DNA from: an uncultured Spirochaetota bacterium
Lineage (GTDB): Bacteria; Spirochaetota; Brevinematia; Brevinematales; JAOACQ01
Length of the DNA stretch: 64,000 nucleotides
Assembly (NCBI GenBank): GCA_963768055.1
Contig: CAVYGN010000001.1
Span: 1,632,001-1,696,000, forward strand
Direction: 5' to 3'
The notes under the pieces are model-generated. The model was not told the origin of the DNA, searched no databases, and was given only the letters and a program-made list of their open reading frames with translations. Shown one piece after another: positions 50,810-59,792 of the stretch (its first letter is position 1; every line of letters begins with the position of its first letter). The translations under genes and the position numbers were made by a program.

Positions 50810-50969
50810 GAGGGCTAAATTCCATCATCGTAGCATAAATGATCTTCTGATTGTTGTATATTGCCCCACCAAGAACAGATGAGGGTTCCTCATCTTTTAC
50901 TTTTTCAACAATCAAATCAGGACTTCCTGATTTAAGTTTTACCTTATCCCCTTTTTTGTAGTTTTTCAT
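50787..50969 (-). pseudogene. Second YodC/DUF2158-like gene, truncated
   Basis: YKKGDKVKLKSGSPDLIV N-terminus; lacks the C.WF C-terminus. Confidence 0.55.
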
Positions 50970-51121
50970 TGTAATTTTACCTTGCTTTCCTTTATACTAA
51001 ATATAAACGGGCAGACAAAATTTCAGAAGGAAAATTGTATGATACAACGTGAACTTAGGAGACTAATTAGAGAATCACGTCTTTCTCAAGAAAGAAAGGC
51101 TGTTTGGAGAAATATATTAAA

Positions 51122-52780
51122 CCCACATTTCCCAGATGAAATTTTGTTTTCTTAGAGAAAACATGGCATAATCATATATCAGGATAGGAATTAGATTACT
51201 AAAAAACCTTCATAACTGGAGGATTCAATGGGTGAAAGCCAAAATCAGGCATTACGAGTCGATTTTGATAAGAGTCTAAGGCTTGAATTTCATGGTTCAA
51301 CCATTACTTCTGATGCCGGACTACTTGCTTATCGTGAACTTGATGACGCATTGGGATTGACAGACATTGCGGCAAAGTGCCTGAAAGATATCAGATTTGG
51401 AAAGAACAAACAGCATAGTATTGCAGCACAATTGCGGCAATCCGTATTCAGCAGGCTTGCGGGATATGAAGACACAAATGATGCGGAACGTCTTTCCGTT
51501 GATCCTGCCATGAGGCAGGTTGTCGGGGGAAGAGCTCTTATTCATACGGCTGCGTCAACGAGCCAGATGGGAAGGTTTGAAACTGAAGTTCTAACTCTTC
51601 CGGATAACATCAAAGCCCTTATGAATCTTTCCGGGCAATGGATTGACAGGTTAAGGGATCAGGTTCCCATGAGAAATCTTGTTCTCGATATGGACAGCTC
51701 TGTGAGTGAAACATATGGAAGACAGGATGGGACTGCATATAATGGACACTTTGGATGTACTTGTTACCACCCCCTTTTTTGCTTCAACCAGTTTGGCGAT
51801 GTCGAGTTTGCCCTTCTTCGGGAAGGTAATGTACACAGCGCTGATAACTGGAAAAAAGTATTAGATCCAATTGTTGCCCGTTACCGTAATAGAAAATTTC
51901 CTCATTACTTCAGAGGGGATGCCGGCTTTGCCAAACCCGAGATTTACGAGTACCTGGAATCAGAACATTTCAAGTATGCCATTCGCTTACCAGCCAATGA
52001 TATTTTATACAGTGAAATCGGACATCTCCTTACAAGGCCGGTAGGACGGCCGTCATATACACCTGTTGTCTGGTACCATGAATTCCTGTATAAAGCGGCA
52101 TCCTGGGCTCGTGATCGCAGGATAATAGCAAAGGTGGAATGGCACCAGGGAGAACTCTTTCCCAGGGTCGGTTTTATCGTTACAAATCTAAGGGCTAAAA
52201 AGAAGAAAGTAGTCCATTTTTACAATATGAGGGGAACAGCGGAACAATGCATTAAAGAGGGTAAGAATGCTGTAAAGTGGACAAGGCTCTCCTGTCATGA
52301 TTTTATCGATAATCATGTCCGGCTCCAGTTATTTGTCCTTGCCTACAATCTTGGAAACTTCTTCCGGCATTCAGCTTTACCCAGAGTAATGAAACACTGG
52401 ACCATGACGACACTCAGGGAAAAGCTAATAAAAATCGGTGCAAAGGTTGTCAGCCATGCTCGCTATGTGGTTTTCCAGATGGCGGAAGTCGCCGTCCCGA
52501 AAGGGCTGTTTGCCGTTATCCTTGATAGATTACATAGATTAAGGCTACTGTTTGGCGTTGGTTAATACTATTTATTTGATATCGGATTTTTCAAGGGGTT
52601 ACTGTCGCCTTTTTGTTTAAAGGTTAGCAGAACATCGCCTGAAATCTGATTTTATGTTATTATCGAATGAATTTTATATAAAGAAACCTGGATTTTAATG
52701 TTGACAAAGTTATTTTACGGAATCATAATAAATCAATCCATTAAATGGGAGAGTTTGGGGTGTCATTTGGGAAATATCGG
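51122..52780 (+). mobile_element. IS1380 family insertion sequence (1659 bp)
   Basis: 18-bp inverted repeats CCCACATTTCCCAGATGA / CCGATATTTCCCAAATGA; 5-bp target duplication TTAAA at 51117-51121 and 52781-52785. Confidence 0.93.
51228..52565 (+). CDS. IS1380 family transposase
   Basis: [39 protein letters not shown]. Confidence 0.95.
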   Translation: MGESQNQALRVDFDKSLRLEFHGSTITSDAGLLAYRELDDALGLTDIAAKCLKDIRFGKNKQHSIAAQLRQSVFSRLAGYEDTNDAERLSVDPAMRQVVGGRALIHTAASTSQMGRFETEVLTLPDNIKALMNLSGQWIDRLRDQVPMRNLVLDMDSSVSETYGRQDGTAYNGHFGCTCYHPLFCFNQFGDVEFALLREGNVHSADNWKKVLDPIVARYRNRKFPHYFRGDAGFAKPEIYEYLESEHFKYAIRLPANDILYSEIGHLLTRPVGRPSYTPVVWYHEFLYKAASWARDRRIIAKVEWHQGELFPRVGFIVTNLRAKKKKVVHFYNMRGTAEQCIKEGKNAVKWTRLSCHDFIDNHVRLQLFVLAYNLGNFFRHSALPRVMKHWTMTTLREKLIKIGAKVVSHARYVVFQMAEVAVPKGLFAVILDRLHRLRLLFGVG

Positions 52781-53171
52781 TTAAACAGTGGCAGAGATGA
52801 TCAAGATATCGATTTAAATGTATTAAGAGAAGCTTGCTTAAACAATAATCAATCAGAAACAACAAGAAGGGCTACCGATCAAGCTTTAAGTGATTATCAA
52901 ATAGAAAACATAATTCTATACAATTATCATATAGAAGAAAATACCAATTTAATCAGAGATATAGATTCTTTATTATCAATACCCCATGTATAGTATTTTT
53001 TTATATAAAAGCTTTTTTTTGCTTCGTCAAGTGCATAGTTCCGAATTTATATTGTCAAAATTCATTATTACTTTTTATTGGAGAATTTGTTAAGGAAGTA
53101 AACATTTTTATTGATTTTATAAATTTGCGTAATCCGGGGCACCAGACGAAACCTTCCATGTAATCCGTTTC

Positions 53172-53372
53172 AAATCTGCCACCTAATCCTGTTGAACCCT
53201 GCCGGGTATTCCGGGTGAAATTTCCCCTGGATGATTTGATTAGATATGATGGTTGGGGATTTTAGCTTGTAATTTAAGGGGATTCTATTTTGGAAACACC
53301 CAGGGGAATTCGCCATTCATTTAATTTTCTTTAATACGTTTTTCAAATTCTATCATAAATTTGACTATTGAA
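53172..53372. repeat. Left direct repeat of the RiPP cassette, including an XRE 3' remnant (53321-53371)
   Basis: Imperfect match to 57281-57474; minus strand encodes SIVKFMIEFEKRIKEN* versus STVEFMIEFEKRINEN* in the intact XRE. Confidence 0.85.
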
Positions 53373-53397
53373 TGACAGAATTTATTAATTAATTAAA

Positions 53398-54123
53398 TTA
53401 TTCACAAATAATATGTTGAGTTGGAATAGTCTGATATTCAATATCATAAATCCAAAAGTTTCCAACATTATTAAAGGGAAACCAACAATCACTCTTATTT
53501 GGTACCCTAAATTTTTCTAACCTGTATGTATCTTTATTCTGATTTGAGTATTCAACCTGACAAAATACTATCCCTATTCCTTTAGCTAATACTACTAATC
53601 TTTTTGTGTAACAGTAACCAGTATAATTTAAAGGAAACTCGAAGGAAGATTCAACGGCAATACAGTTAGATATTTTCCTCTTAATCTTATTTGGAATTTT
53701 ATCATACGGAACACTATTAAGCCTTTTGGTTTTTATTTTTGTCTTAAATCCATCACTTTCTTGATTTTCAATCCATTCAGAACTTTCATGAAGGATGTAT
53801 TTACCTGGTGAGATTATGACATGGGTAAATGAATTTATAAACGCGTACCTATTAACATAAATAATTTCAGAGTTGTTAGTTAGTAATAGATCCATAAAAC
53901 CCACTGCATTATCAAGACTGCTTTTGGTTAGAATTAAACGCATTGAATGAATAAATCCAGTCGACTCCTGATGAGATACTTTTTCTATTACCTGATAACA
54001 TTCTTTATGATGTCCACCTCCTTTTATACGATACTTTGAAGAAAAGTAAATGTTAAGATAATATCCGATAAACGCTAGAACAAGAGCTATTATTATTGAA
54101 ATTAAAGTCATTGATTGATCCAT
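53398..54123 (-). CDS. Membrane-anchored hypothetical protein, last gene of the RiPP cassette
   Basis: N-terminal TM helix; starts 35 bp after the rSAM-2 stop. Confidence 0.7.
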   Translation of the reverse strand: MDQSMTLISIIIALVLAFIGYYLNIYFSSKYRIKGGGHHKECYQVIEKVSHQESTGFIHSMRLILTKSSLDNAVGFMDLLLTNNSEIIYVNRYAFINSFTHVIISPGKYILHESSEWIENQESDGFKTKIKTKRLNSVPYDKIPNKIKRKISNCIAVESSFEFPLNYTGYCYTKRLVVLAKGIGIVFCQVEYSNQNKDTYRLEKFRVPNKSDCWFPFNNVGNFWIYDIEYQTIPTQHIICE

Positions 54124-54158
54124 ATTTGAAATCCTTAAGTAAACGGAATCTTATTTTA

Positions 54159-55481
54159 TTAATTTATTTGTTTGCTCCAGCACATAACATCCTTTCTACG
54201 AATTCCATCATTGGTAAGATTGTAATTGCATCCACCACCACATTTATTTATAAACTTACATCCAATACAATCAAGTGGTGATTTTGATATTATTTCCTTA
54301 CCAAATTCTGCTGCTTTTTGCCATATTTTTTCAAGAGAGTCTTTTGGATATTTGCCAAGATGATAATTTCTCATATGTGGACATGGTGTAACAGTCCCAT
54401 CCGCACAAATATTAAGCACATCATTTCCAGCATTACAAGGACCAAGAACAGAATAGCTTTCATTAACTAAGTGCGGGTAAAAACATAAAGGTTCAAACCC
54501 GATAACAGTTTCACTATGTTTTTTTTCAAGCAAAACTAATTTTCTGGAAACTTTTTTTAACTCATTTATACTCAAGGAAAGCTTTTCTCCATTTGGTCCG
54601 GAAGGCATATAACGAAAAACCACAAATCTATCAGCTCCATTTTTAAATGCTAAATTCGCAGTTTTTTCTATCAGGTTCCAGTTTATAGATGATACTGTCA
54701 TTGCGACTCTAGTTTCGATACCAATTTTGGAAAATATTTTAAGCGCATTAATAGCCTTATTATAAACTCCATTACCACGAATATAATCATGAACAGTAGG
54801 CGGACCATCTAAACTTATCTGTGCAATACCCAAACCTGCATTTTTTAGTTTTATCGCATTTTTATTGGTTATAAAAACACCACTAGTACTAATAGCAGTT
54901 TTTATTTTTGTTGAAGCACAACGACTCAAATATTCCGGAAGATTTTTGTCAAGGGTCGGTTCGCCTCCTCCAAAACCAACAGTCATAACTCCAAGTTTTG
55001 TTAGTCCATCTATAAGTTGAAATACCCACTGACTCCTATCTTCAAAATTTTTCTCTTTCTTAATCTTTGCCCTTGTATAGCAGTGAATACATTGCAAGAT
55101 ACATTTATCTGTAATTTCAATAAAAGCGCTAAGTGGCGCTGAAAGCTTTGGGGTAAATTTTAAATTTACTTTTGTGAAATTATATCTATCGAATCTGGGG
55201 AAGGAATTATTATCAACAACCTTTAGTATTCCTATTTGAGATAATTCATTAATAAAGCTTTCGATCATATTTTTATCGATTCTCGGGTATTTTATTAGCA
55301 CCTTTTCGGTAAGATTTCTAACAGATATTGGAATTTTGCAATTCTCAAGAATTGTTGTTCCAACTCTATTAAGTTTAAAAAATTGGGGAACATCAGGTCG
55401 CTCAAGTTCAAAAGGTACTAAAATAATTGAGCCGAAAGTTTCATTCCTTAAATTAATTCCTTTATGTAAAAATACCTTCAT
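54159..55481 (-). CDS. Radical SAM/SPASM peptide maturase with fused PqqD-like RRE (rSAM-2)
   Basis: CILQCIHC, GGGEP; SPASM CNAG...PCPH...CIGC....CGGGC; N-terminal LRNETFG...KLNRVGTTIL...FINEL RRE pattern. Confidence 0.92.
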   Translation of the reverse strand: MKVFLHKGINLRNETFGSIILVPFELERPDVPQFFKLNRVGTTILENCKIPISVRNLTEKVLIKYPRIDKNMIESFINELSQIGILKVVDNNSFPRFDRYNFTKVNLKFTPKLSAPLSAFIEITDKCILQCIHCYTRAKIKKEKNFEDRSQWVFQLIDGLTKLGVMTVGFGGGEPTLDKNLPEYLSRCASTKIKTAISTSGVFITNKNAIKLKNAGLGIAQISLDGPPTVHDYIRGNGVYNKAINALKIFSKIGIETRVAMTVSSINWNLIEKTANLAFKNGADRFVVFRYMPSGPNGEKLSLSINELKKVSRKLVLLEKKHSETVIGFEPLCFYPHLVNESYSVLGPCNAGNDVLNICADGTVTPCPHMRNYHLGKYPKDSLEKIWQKAAEFGKEIISKSPLDCIGCKFINKCGGGCNYNLTNDGIRRKDVMCWSKQIN

Positions 55482-55567
55482 GGGTTTCTTCTCAGTAAAA
55501 ACTTAACAATAGCATCGATGAAAGCTCCTGACTCACAATGGCTTGGATTAACCTCCGCAACAATCAT
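55478..55567 (-). CDS. 29-aa ORF coupled by ATGA overlaps to both neighbours (MIVAEVNPSHCESGAFIDAIVKFLLRRNP)
   Basis: Start overlaps the precursor stop and stop overlaps the rSAM-2 start; GGGAG 5-6 nt upstream. Confidence 0.45.
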   Translation of the reverse strand: MIVAEVNPSHCESGAFIDAIVKFLLRRNP

Positions 55568-55782
55568 AATAGCTCCCAAGGTTTCTTTACACCATAAGCT
55601 TTACATGGTCCACAAGACCAATCAGGGCGCTGTGAACACGAAATATGAAGTGGAACTATTTCAGGTATTTCCTCCAATAATAAATCACTTCTAACGAGAT
55701 GCTCATCCGCATCTTTTTGCAATTTGCTCTCATTTACAATGTCTTTAGGTAATTCACCTTGATATAAGTCTGTTTTTTCCAT
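55564..55782 (-). CDS. Putative RiPP precursor peptide (72 aa)
   Basis: GGAGG RBS; acidic leader with DLLLEEIPE; core HISCSQRPDWSCGPCKAYGVKKPWELL; lies between two rSAM/SPASM genes. Confidence 0.8.
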   Translation of the reverse strand: MEKTDLYQGELPKDIVNESKLQKDADEHLVRSDLLLEEIPEIVPLHISCSQRPDWSCGPCKAYGVKKPWELL

Positions 55783-55796
55783 AAGTACCTCCAAAT

Positions 55797-57038
55797 TTAA
55801 TTTGCCATTTTATTATTTTTAGCCCATTTGCCACTATAGGGGTCATACAAGCATCTATTGTTTTTTTTATAAATGTTATTTATATTTTCTTCATAAGCCA
55901 ATGGTCTGCAATCTGTACAAATATACTTAAATTCACATTCTTTACATATTTGCACATCATCCAATGTCAGTGTCCAAGGCTGCGAAATTGCAACATCAAT
56001 AATATCTTCAAAATTATCAGTAATTATATCTCCCAATATCAAGTCTCGAGCATGAGGGCATGGGACAACTTTACCATCGAAACGTAAAAACAGCATGTTT
56101 CCCCAACATGAATTATATCGTTTAGAATATAGGAATGATTGTGGTGTCGATTCAAAAAAAGGAGCATTTCTTATATTATAATATTTTTTGCACTTTAAAT
56201 ATTTATTCCTTCCTCTACCAAAAGGCCTTACTGGGTCTGGCTCACCGAAATGTAAATTCATTTTTTTACAAAAGCTAATAATATCTTCATATTGATTTTC
56301 AGTTTCAGACATCAATATAATTGAGGCATTAACAGAAACACCAGCATCTTGAAGAAACTTTATATTCGAAATCATTCGCTTAAATGAACCTTGTGAATTT
56401 GTTAATCGATCATGTGTTTTGGCATCAGCTGCAAGTATTGTAGTGCTTACAATAATATCATATTGGGCTATTCTCTTTAAAAGGTTTCTATTATCCGTAG
56501 AAAGATTAGAAAATATCTCAATTTCTTTTACTTTATTCTTTATTGAAAAATCAATAAAATGAAGAAGGTCTTTCCTTAAAAGAGGTTCCCCTCCAGTAAA
56601 TTGTATTGATTCACATCCAAGTATAAAAACATTTTGAAGAAAATTTTGGATTTTGTCTGTCTCTAAACCTTTTGACGCCTTGGGTGATGCTGTAGCGTAG
56701 CAATGGACACATCTTTGGTTACACTTATTTGTCAATTCAACCCATATTTTTTTAAATGGTTTTTTAGGTAGAGGACCCATAGAAATTGTTTCATTATTTA
56801 ATGAACCATCATCTTTTAAAAATTGATATTTAATGAGTTCATTAAAAATGCTGCGAGGAAGAATCTTACTTAAATTTTCAACCGGCTTTTTGATTATATT
56901 TTTTATAATTTGAGTAGCAGCTTCGTTTACATGATAAGCTTTAGCAAGTTTAAGATCATAAATTAATGAGCATTTTGCCCCAAAAACTGTTTGGAAACGA
57001 TCATGTGAAGAGAACGGTGTTTGAAGTTGGAATTTCAT
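55797..57038 (-). CDS. Radical SAM/SPASM peptide maturase (rSAM-1)
   Basis: CNQRCVHC, FTGGEP; SPASM CWGN...PCPH...CKECEFKYICTDC...C; RRE-like N-terminal extension. Confidence 0.92.
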   Translation of the reverse strand: MKFQLQTPFSSHDRFQTVFGAKCSLIYDLKLAKAYHVNEAATQIIKNIIKKPVENLSKILPRSIFNELIKYQFLKDDGSLNNETISMGPLPKKPFKKIWVELTNKCNQRCVHCYATASPKASKGLETDKIQNFLQNVFILGCESIQFTGGEPLLRKDLLHFIDFSIKNKVKEIEIFSNLSTDNRNLLKRIAQYDIIVSTTILAADAKTHDRLTNSQGSFKRMISNIKFLQDAGVSVNASIILMSETENQYEDIISFCKKMNLHFGEPDPVRPFGRGRNKYLKCKKYYNIRNAPFFESTPQSFLYSKRYNSCWGNMLFLRFDGKVVPCPHARDLILGDIITDNFEDIIDVAISQPWTLTLDDVQICKECEFKYICTDCRPLAYEENINNIYKKNNRCLYDPYSGKWAKNNKMAN

Positions 57039-57280
57039 AACCTTCCCTTTTGAGCAAACAATAAATTATACGAAACTAAATATTTAGAAACATACTATTG
57101 TTATTGTATTACAAATCCATTCAATATTTAGTTTTGCTCATTGAATAATTGATAATTCGAGCATATTTTTTAATGTATTTTGTTAACCTCTAAATAATTA
57201 TTTTTGATAATTAATCATATCTCTTAAAATAGTCAAAGTCAAGCATTATCATTGGATATTATCATTGGAAAATCCGGGTG

Positions 57281-57474
57281 AAATATGCCACCCAATCCGG
57301 CGGAAACCTGCCGGTAAGTTTAACCTTCCCCTGGATGATTATATCGGTGATGGTAGGGGGATTTTAGCTTGTAATTCATGGAAATTCTATTTTGGAAACA
57401 CCAAGGGGAATTTTTTATTCATTCAATTTTCATTAATTCGCTTCTCAAATTCTATCATAAATTCGACAGTTGAA
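57281..57474. repeat. Right direct repeat of the RiPP cassette
   Basis: Shares ttcccctggatgatt, ggggattttagcttgtaatt and attctattttggaaacacc.aggggaatt with the left copy. Confidence 0.85.
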
Positions 57475-57671
57475 ATTTTAAGGGCCTCACACATATTAAT
57501 AAATTCAAGAAAGTCTACCCTGCGCTCACATTTTTCAAATTTGCTTATAACCGCCTGTTTTGTGCCTATCATTTCAGCAAGGCCGGCTTGTGTTACATCC
57601 TGCTTTCGTCTATATTCCCTGAGCAGGGATATAAATATTTTGTATTTCTTATTGAAAAGACTCTTTTCCAT
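57423..57671 (-). CDS. XRE family HTH regulator
   Basis: LREYRRKQDVTQAGLAEMIGTKQAVISKFEKCERRVD. Confidence 0.9.
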   Translation of the reverse strand: MEKSLFNKKYKIFISLLREYRRKQDVTQAGLAEMIGTKQAVISKFEKCERRVDFLEFINMCEALKISTVEFMIEFEKRINEN

Positions 57672-57712
57672 TAACTCTTATCCAAATAAAATCAGTATAA
57701 TATTTGTTGTAA

Positions 57713-57733
57713 TATAATCCTAATAGGATTATA
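57713..57733. promoter_or_regulatory. Perfect palindrome between the divergent XRE and ankyrin genes (candidate operator)
   Basis: TATAATCCTA-A-TAGGATTATA. Confidence 0.55.
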
Positions 57734-57805
57734 ATATTACTATTATGAATAAAATATATTGATTTAAGTAATCAATTGATTTCAATATCTAGGAGGATTT
57801 ATTAT

Positions 57806-58717
57806 ATGAAAAAACTGTTGATTTTGATTATGCTTACAATCCCTGTATTTGTTTTTGCCGACCGCTTGGGTGATGCTGCTGTAGATGACGACTTGAAATT
57901 TATTACGAATTATCAAGGTGATGTTAACAAGTTAGATTGGCATGGTATGACAGCTTTAATGTGGGCGGCGCATTATGGTCATCCTGATGCGATGGAATCT
58001 TTGATAGAGAAAGGGGCAACTGTCACCAATATTGATAATTCCGGCTGGACAGCAATGATGTATGCACTTGATTTTGGCAACATGGAATCTGTAAAGGTAT
58101 TAGAAAAAGCAAAGATCGATATAGATACAAAAGATAAAGATCACGGCAAGACCATATTAATGTATGCTGCTGAACACGGGAATGTAGAATTAGTGGACCT
58201 TTTAATTAAAAATAATGCTGATATTAATGCCGTTGATAATGTGGGTGATACAGTATTAATGTACGCGGCCCGAGGAGGGAGTGCAGTTAAGCTCATAATT
58301 AAGGCGGGTGCTGATGATGTAAATTTTTTTAACAAAAAAACTGGTAAGACAGCATTGATTTATGCTGCTCAATATGGGCAAGCGGAAGCTATTAAGAATT
58401 TAATTGAAGCAAAGGCCGATGTTGATATGGGATATGGTGGCTGGACACCTTTATTTTTTGCAGTTTTTAGTTCAAAAATAGATGCAGTGAAAGCTTTAAT
58501 TGCATTAAAGGCTGATGTAAATCTTGTAGATAATCATGGAAGGACACCTTTAATGTTAGCAGTCGAAGAAAACCAAACTGAAATTACTAAAGCGTTAATT
58601 CAAGCAAAGGCTGATGTAAATGCGACTGATAGTGAAGGCAAGACGGCCTTGTCTATTGCTTATAAGTCAGAAAATGCTGAAATAATCAACCTTTTAAAGA
58701 AAGCTGGGGCGAAATAG
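57806..58717 (+). CDS. Secreted ankyrin repeat protein
   Basis: Signal peptide; about 8 G.TALM.AA..G repeats; AGGAGG RBS. Confidence 0.92.
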   Translation: MKKLLILIMLTIPVFVFADRLGDAAVDDDLKFITNYQGDVNKLDWHGMTALMWAAHYGHPDAMESLIEKGATVTNIDNSGWTAMMYALDFGNMESVKVLEKAKIDIDTKDKDHGKTILMYAAEHGNVELVDLLIKNNADINAVDNVGDTVLMYAARGGSAVKLIIKAGADDVNFFNKKTGKTALIYAAQYGQAEAIKNLIEAKADVDMGYGGWTPLFFAVFSSKIDAVKALIALKADVNLVDNHGRTPLMLAVEENQTEITKALIQAKADVNATDSEGKTALSIAYKSENAEIINLLKKAGAK

Positions 58718-58971
58718 AGACTGAATCAAAAAGGAGTATCAAACTCTTATATTGAAAATAATGACATTGGGAAGTTTGTTCGATGGAGGTATTTATGATA
58801 AAAAAGTTATTTACCCCATCCGATATAGAACGCATAACAGGTGCATATCGCCATGAACCTGTAAAATTACCATTTTATTATGCGCCCCCATTTTTAGATC
58901 AACTCAGGGCATTGATTCAAAAGAGACTTTCATCTCTTGGTAGAAAGACTTCTAAATAGGCTGATCCCAGA

Positions 58972-59208
58972 ATGAAAAGAAGATGAAAAGGATTTTATAA
59001 ATACGAAATTTTTCATCCTTTAAACCGTCTTTTAAAATTAATAAAAATTGCAAAATTAACACTCGACGAAAATGTTGTCAAAGAATGGCTTCAGACAACA
59101 AATCAATACCTTAACAATGTGGCTCCGATTTCTTCCCTGCGTTCAGATGAGGAAATGGAAAAAGTAATTTCTTTATTAGGTACTATAGGGCATGGGTTGC
59201 CCTCTTGA
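58972..59208 (+). pseudogene. Xre/MbcA/ParS-type antitoxin C-terminal remnant
   Basis: KEWLQTTNQYLNNVAPISSLRSDEEMEKVISLLGTIGHGLPS*; in-frame TGA at 58984; no RES toxin follows. Confidence 0.6.
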
Positions 59209-59238
59209 ATTAGAGTTACTGATTATACAGAAGGGGAT

Positions 59239-59361
59239 ATGGTTTTTATTTTACTTCTACCAGAATTAATTGTTTATATCATGACTGTAATATTATTGGC
59301 AATGTTTATTTATATATATTATGCATTTTATATAAAGGCAAGATTTAGAAGAAAAAAATGA
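59239..59361 (+). CDS. Small membrane peptide (40 aa)
   Basis: AAGGGG RBS; hydrophobic stretch then KARFRRKK. Confidence 0.4.
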   Translation: MVFILLLPELIVYIMTVILLAMFIYIYYAFYIKARFRRKK

Positions 59362-59519
59362 TCCTATCGATTCTTGCATGAGGCGATGGACCCAGCCCAG
59401 CTAGTCCTATCTCATATGTAATGTAAAAAAATGAATATTTCAAAAAGCTATTGACACATTCACAAACCGTGATAAAATTAACTCAGAATAGGGAAAAAGT
59501 TTTTCTTGGGAGGCTTTCT

Positions 59520-59687
59520 ATGGCAACAGCAGAAGTAAAAAAGTTGCAACCCGCTGATTATCTTGAAGTTGTTGAAAGAAGAGCTAACGAACTTTTTCTG
59601 GAACGACTTGATAAAGCAGCCGAAGGAAACTACTCATCCGACTGGTCTCAGGCGGAAAAAGAAATCAAATCAAAATACCATCTGTAA
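59520..59687 (+). CDS. Small hypothetical protein (55 aa), antitoxin-like
   Basis: GGGAGG RBS; upstream TTGACA...TAAAAT promoter-like motif. Confidence 0.55.
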   Translation: MATAEVKKLQPADYLEVVERRANELFLERLDKAAEGNYSSDWSQAEKEIKSKYHL

Positions 59688-59792
59688 AAATCCCATAATT
59701 TATGCACTCTTTGATTTTTAAAAAGAAACCTAATATTAATTTTCCCTGATATCGTCTGTAAAGATAAAAATAATAATGCTAATAATAAATTA

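Larger units (their letters stand above)
51039..52993 (+). pseudogene. 96-aa hypothetical gene split by IS1380
   Basis: MIQRELRR...WRNILN joins in frame to SGRDDQDID... once the IS and one TTAAA copy are removed. Confidence 0.7.

Noticed and set aside
55489..55566. Selenocysteine readthrough of the precursor TGA
   Set aside because: The TGA is not in a Cys-like context, the extension is unremarkable and I see no convincing SECIS hairpin.
55564..55782. Precursor as mycofactocin MftA or PqqA
   Set aside because: Only the leader resembles MftA. It lacks the terminal IDGMCGVY and a C-terminal PqqA-type ExxxY core, and no mftD/E/F or pqqB/C genes are present.
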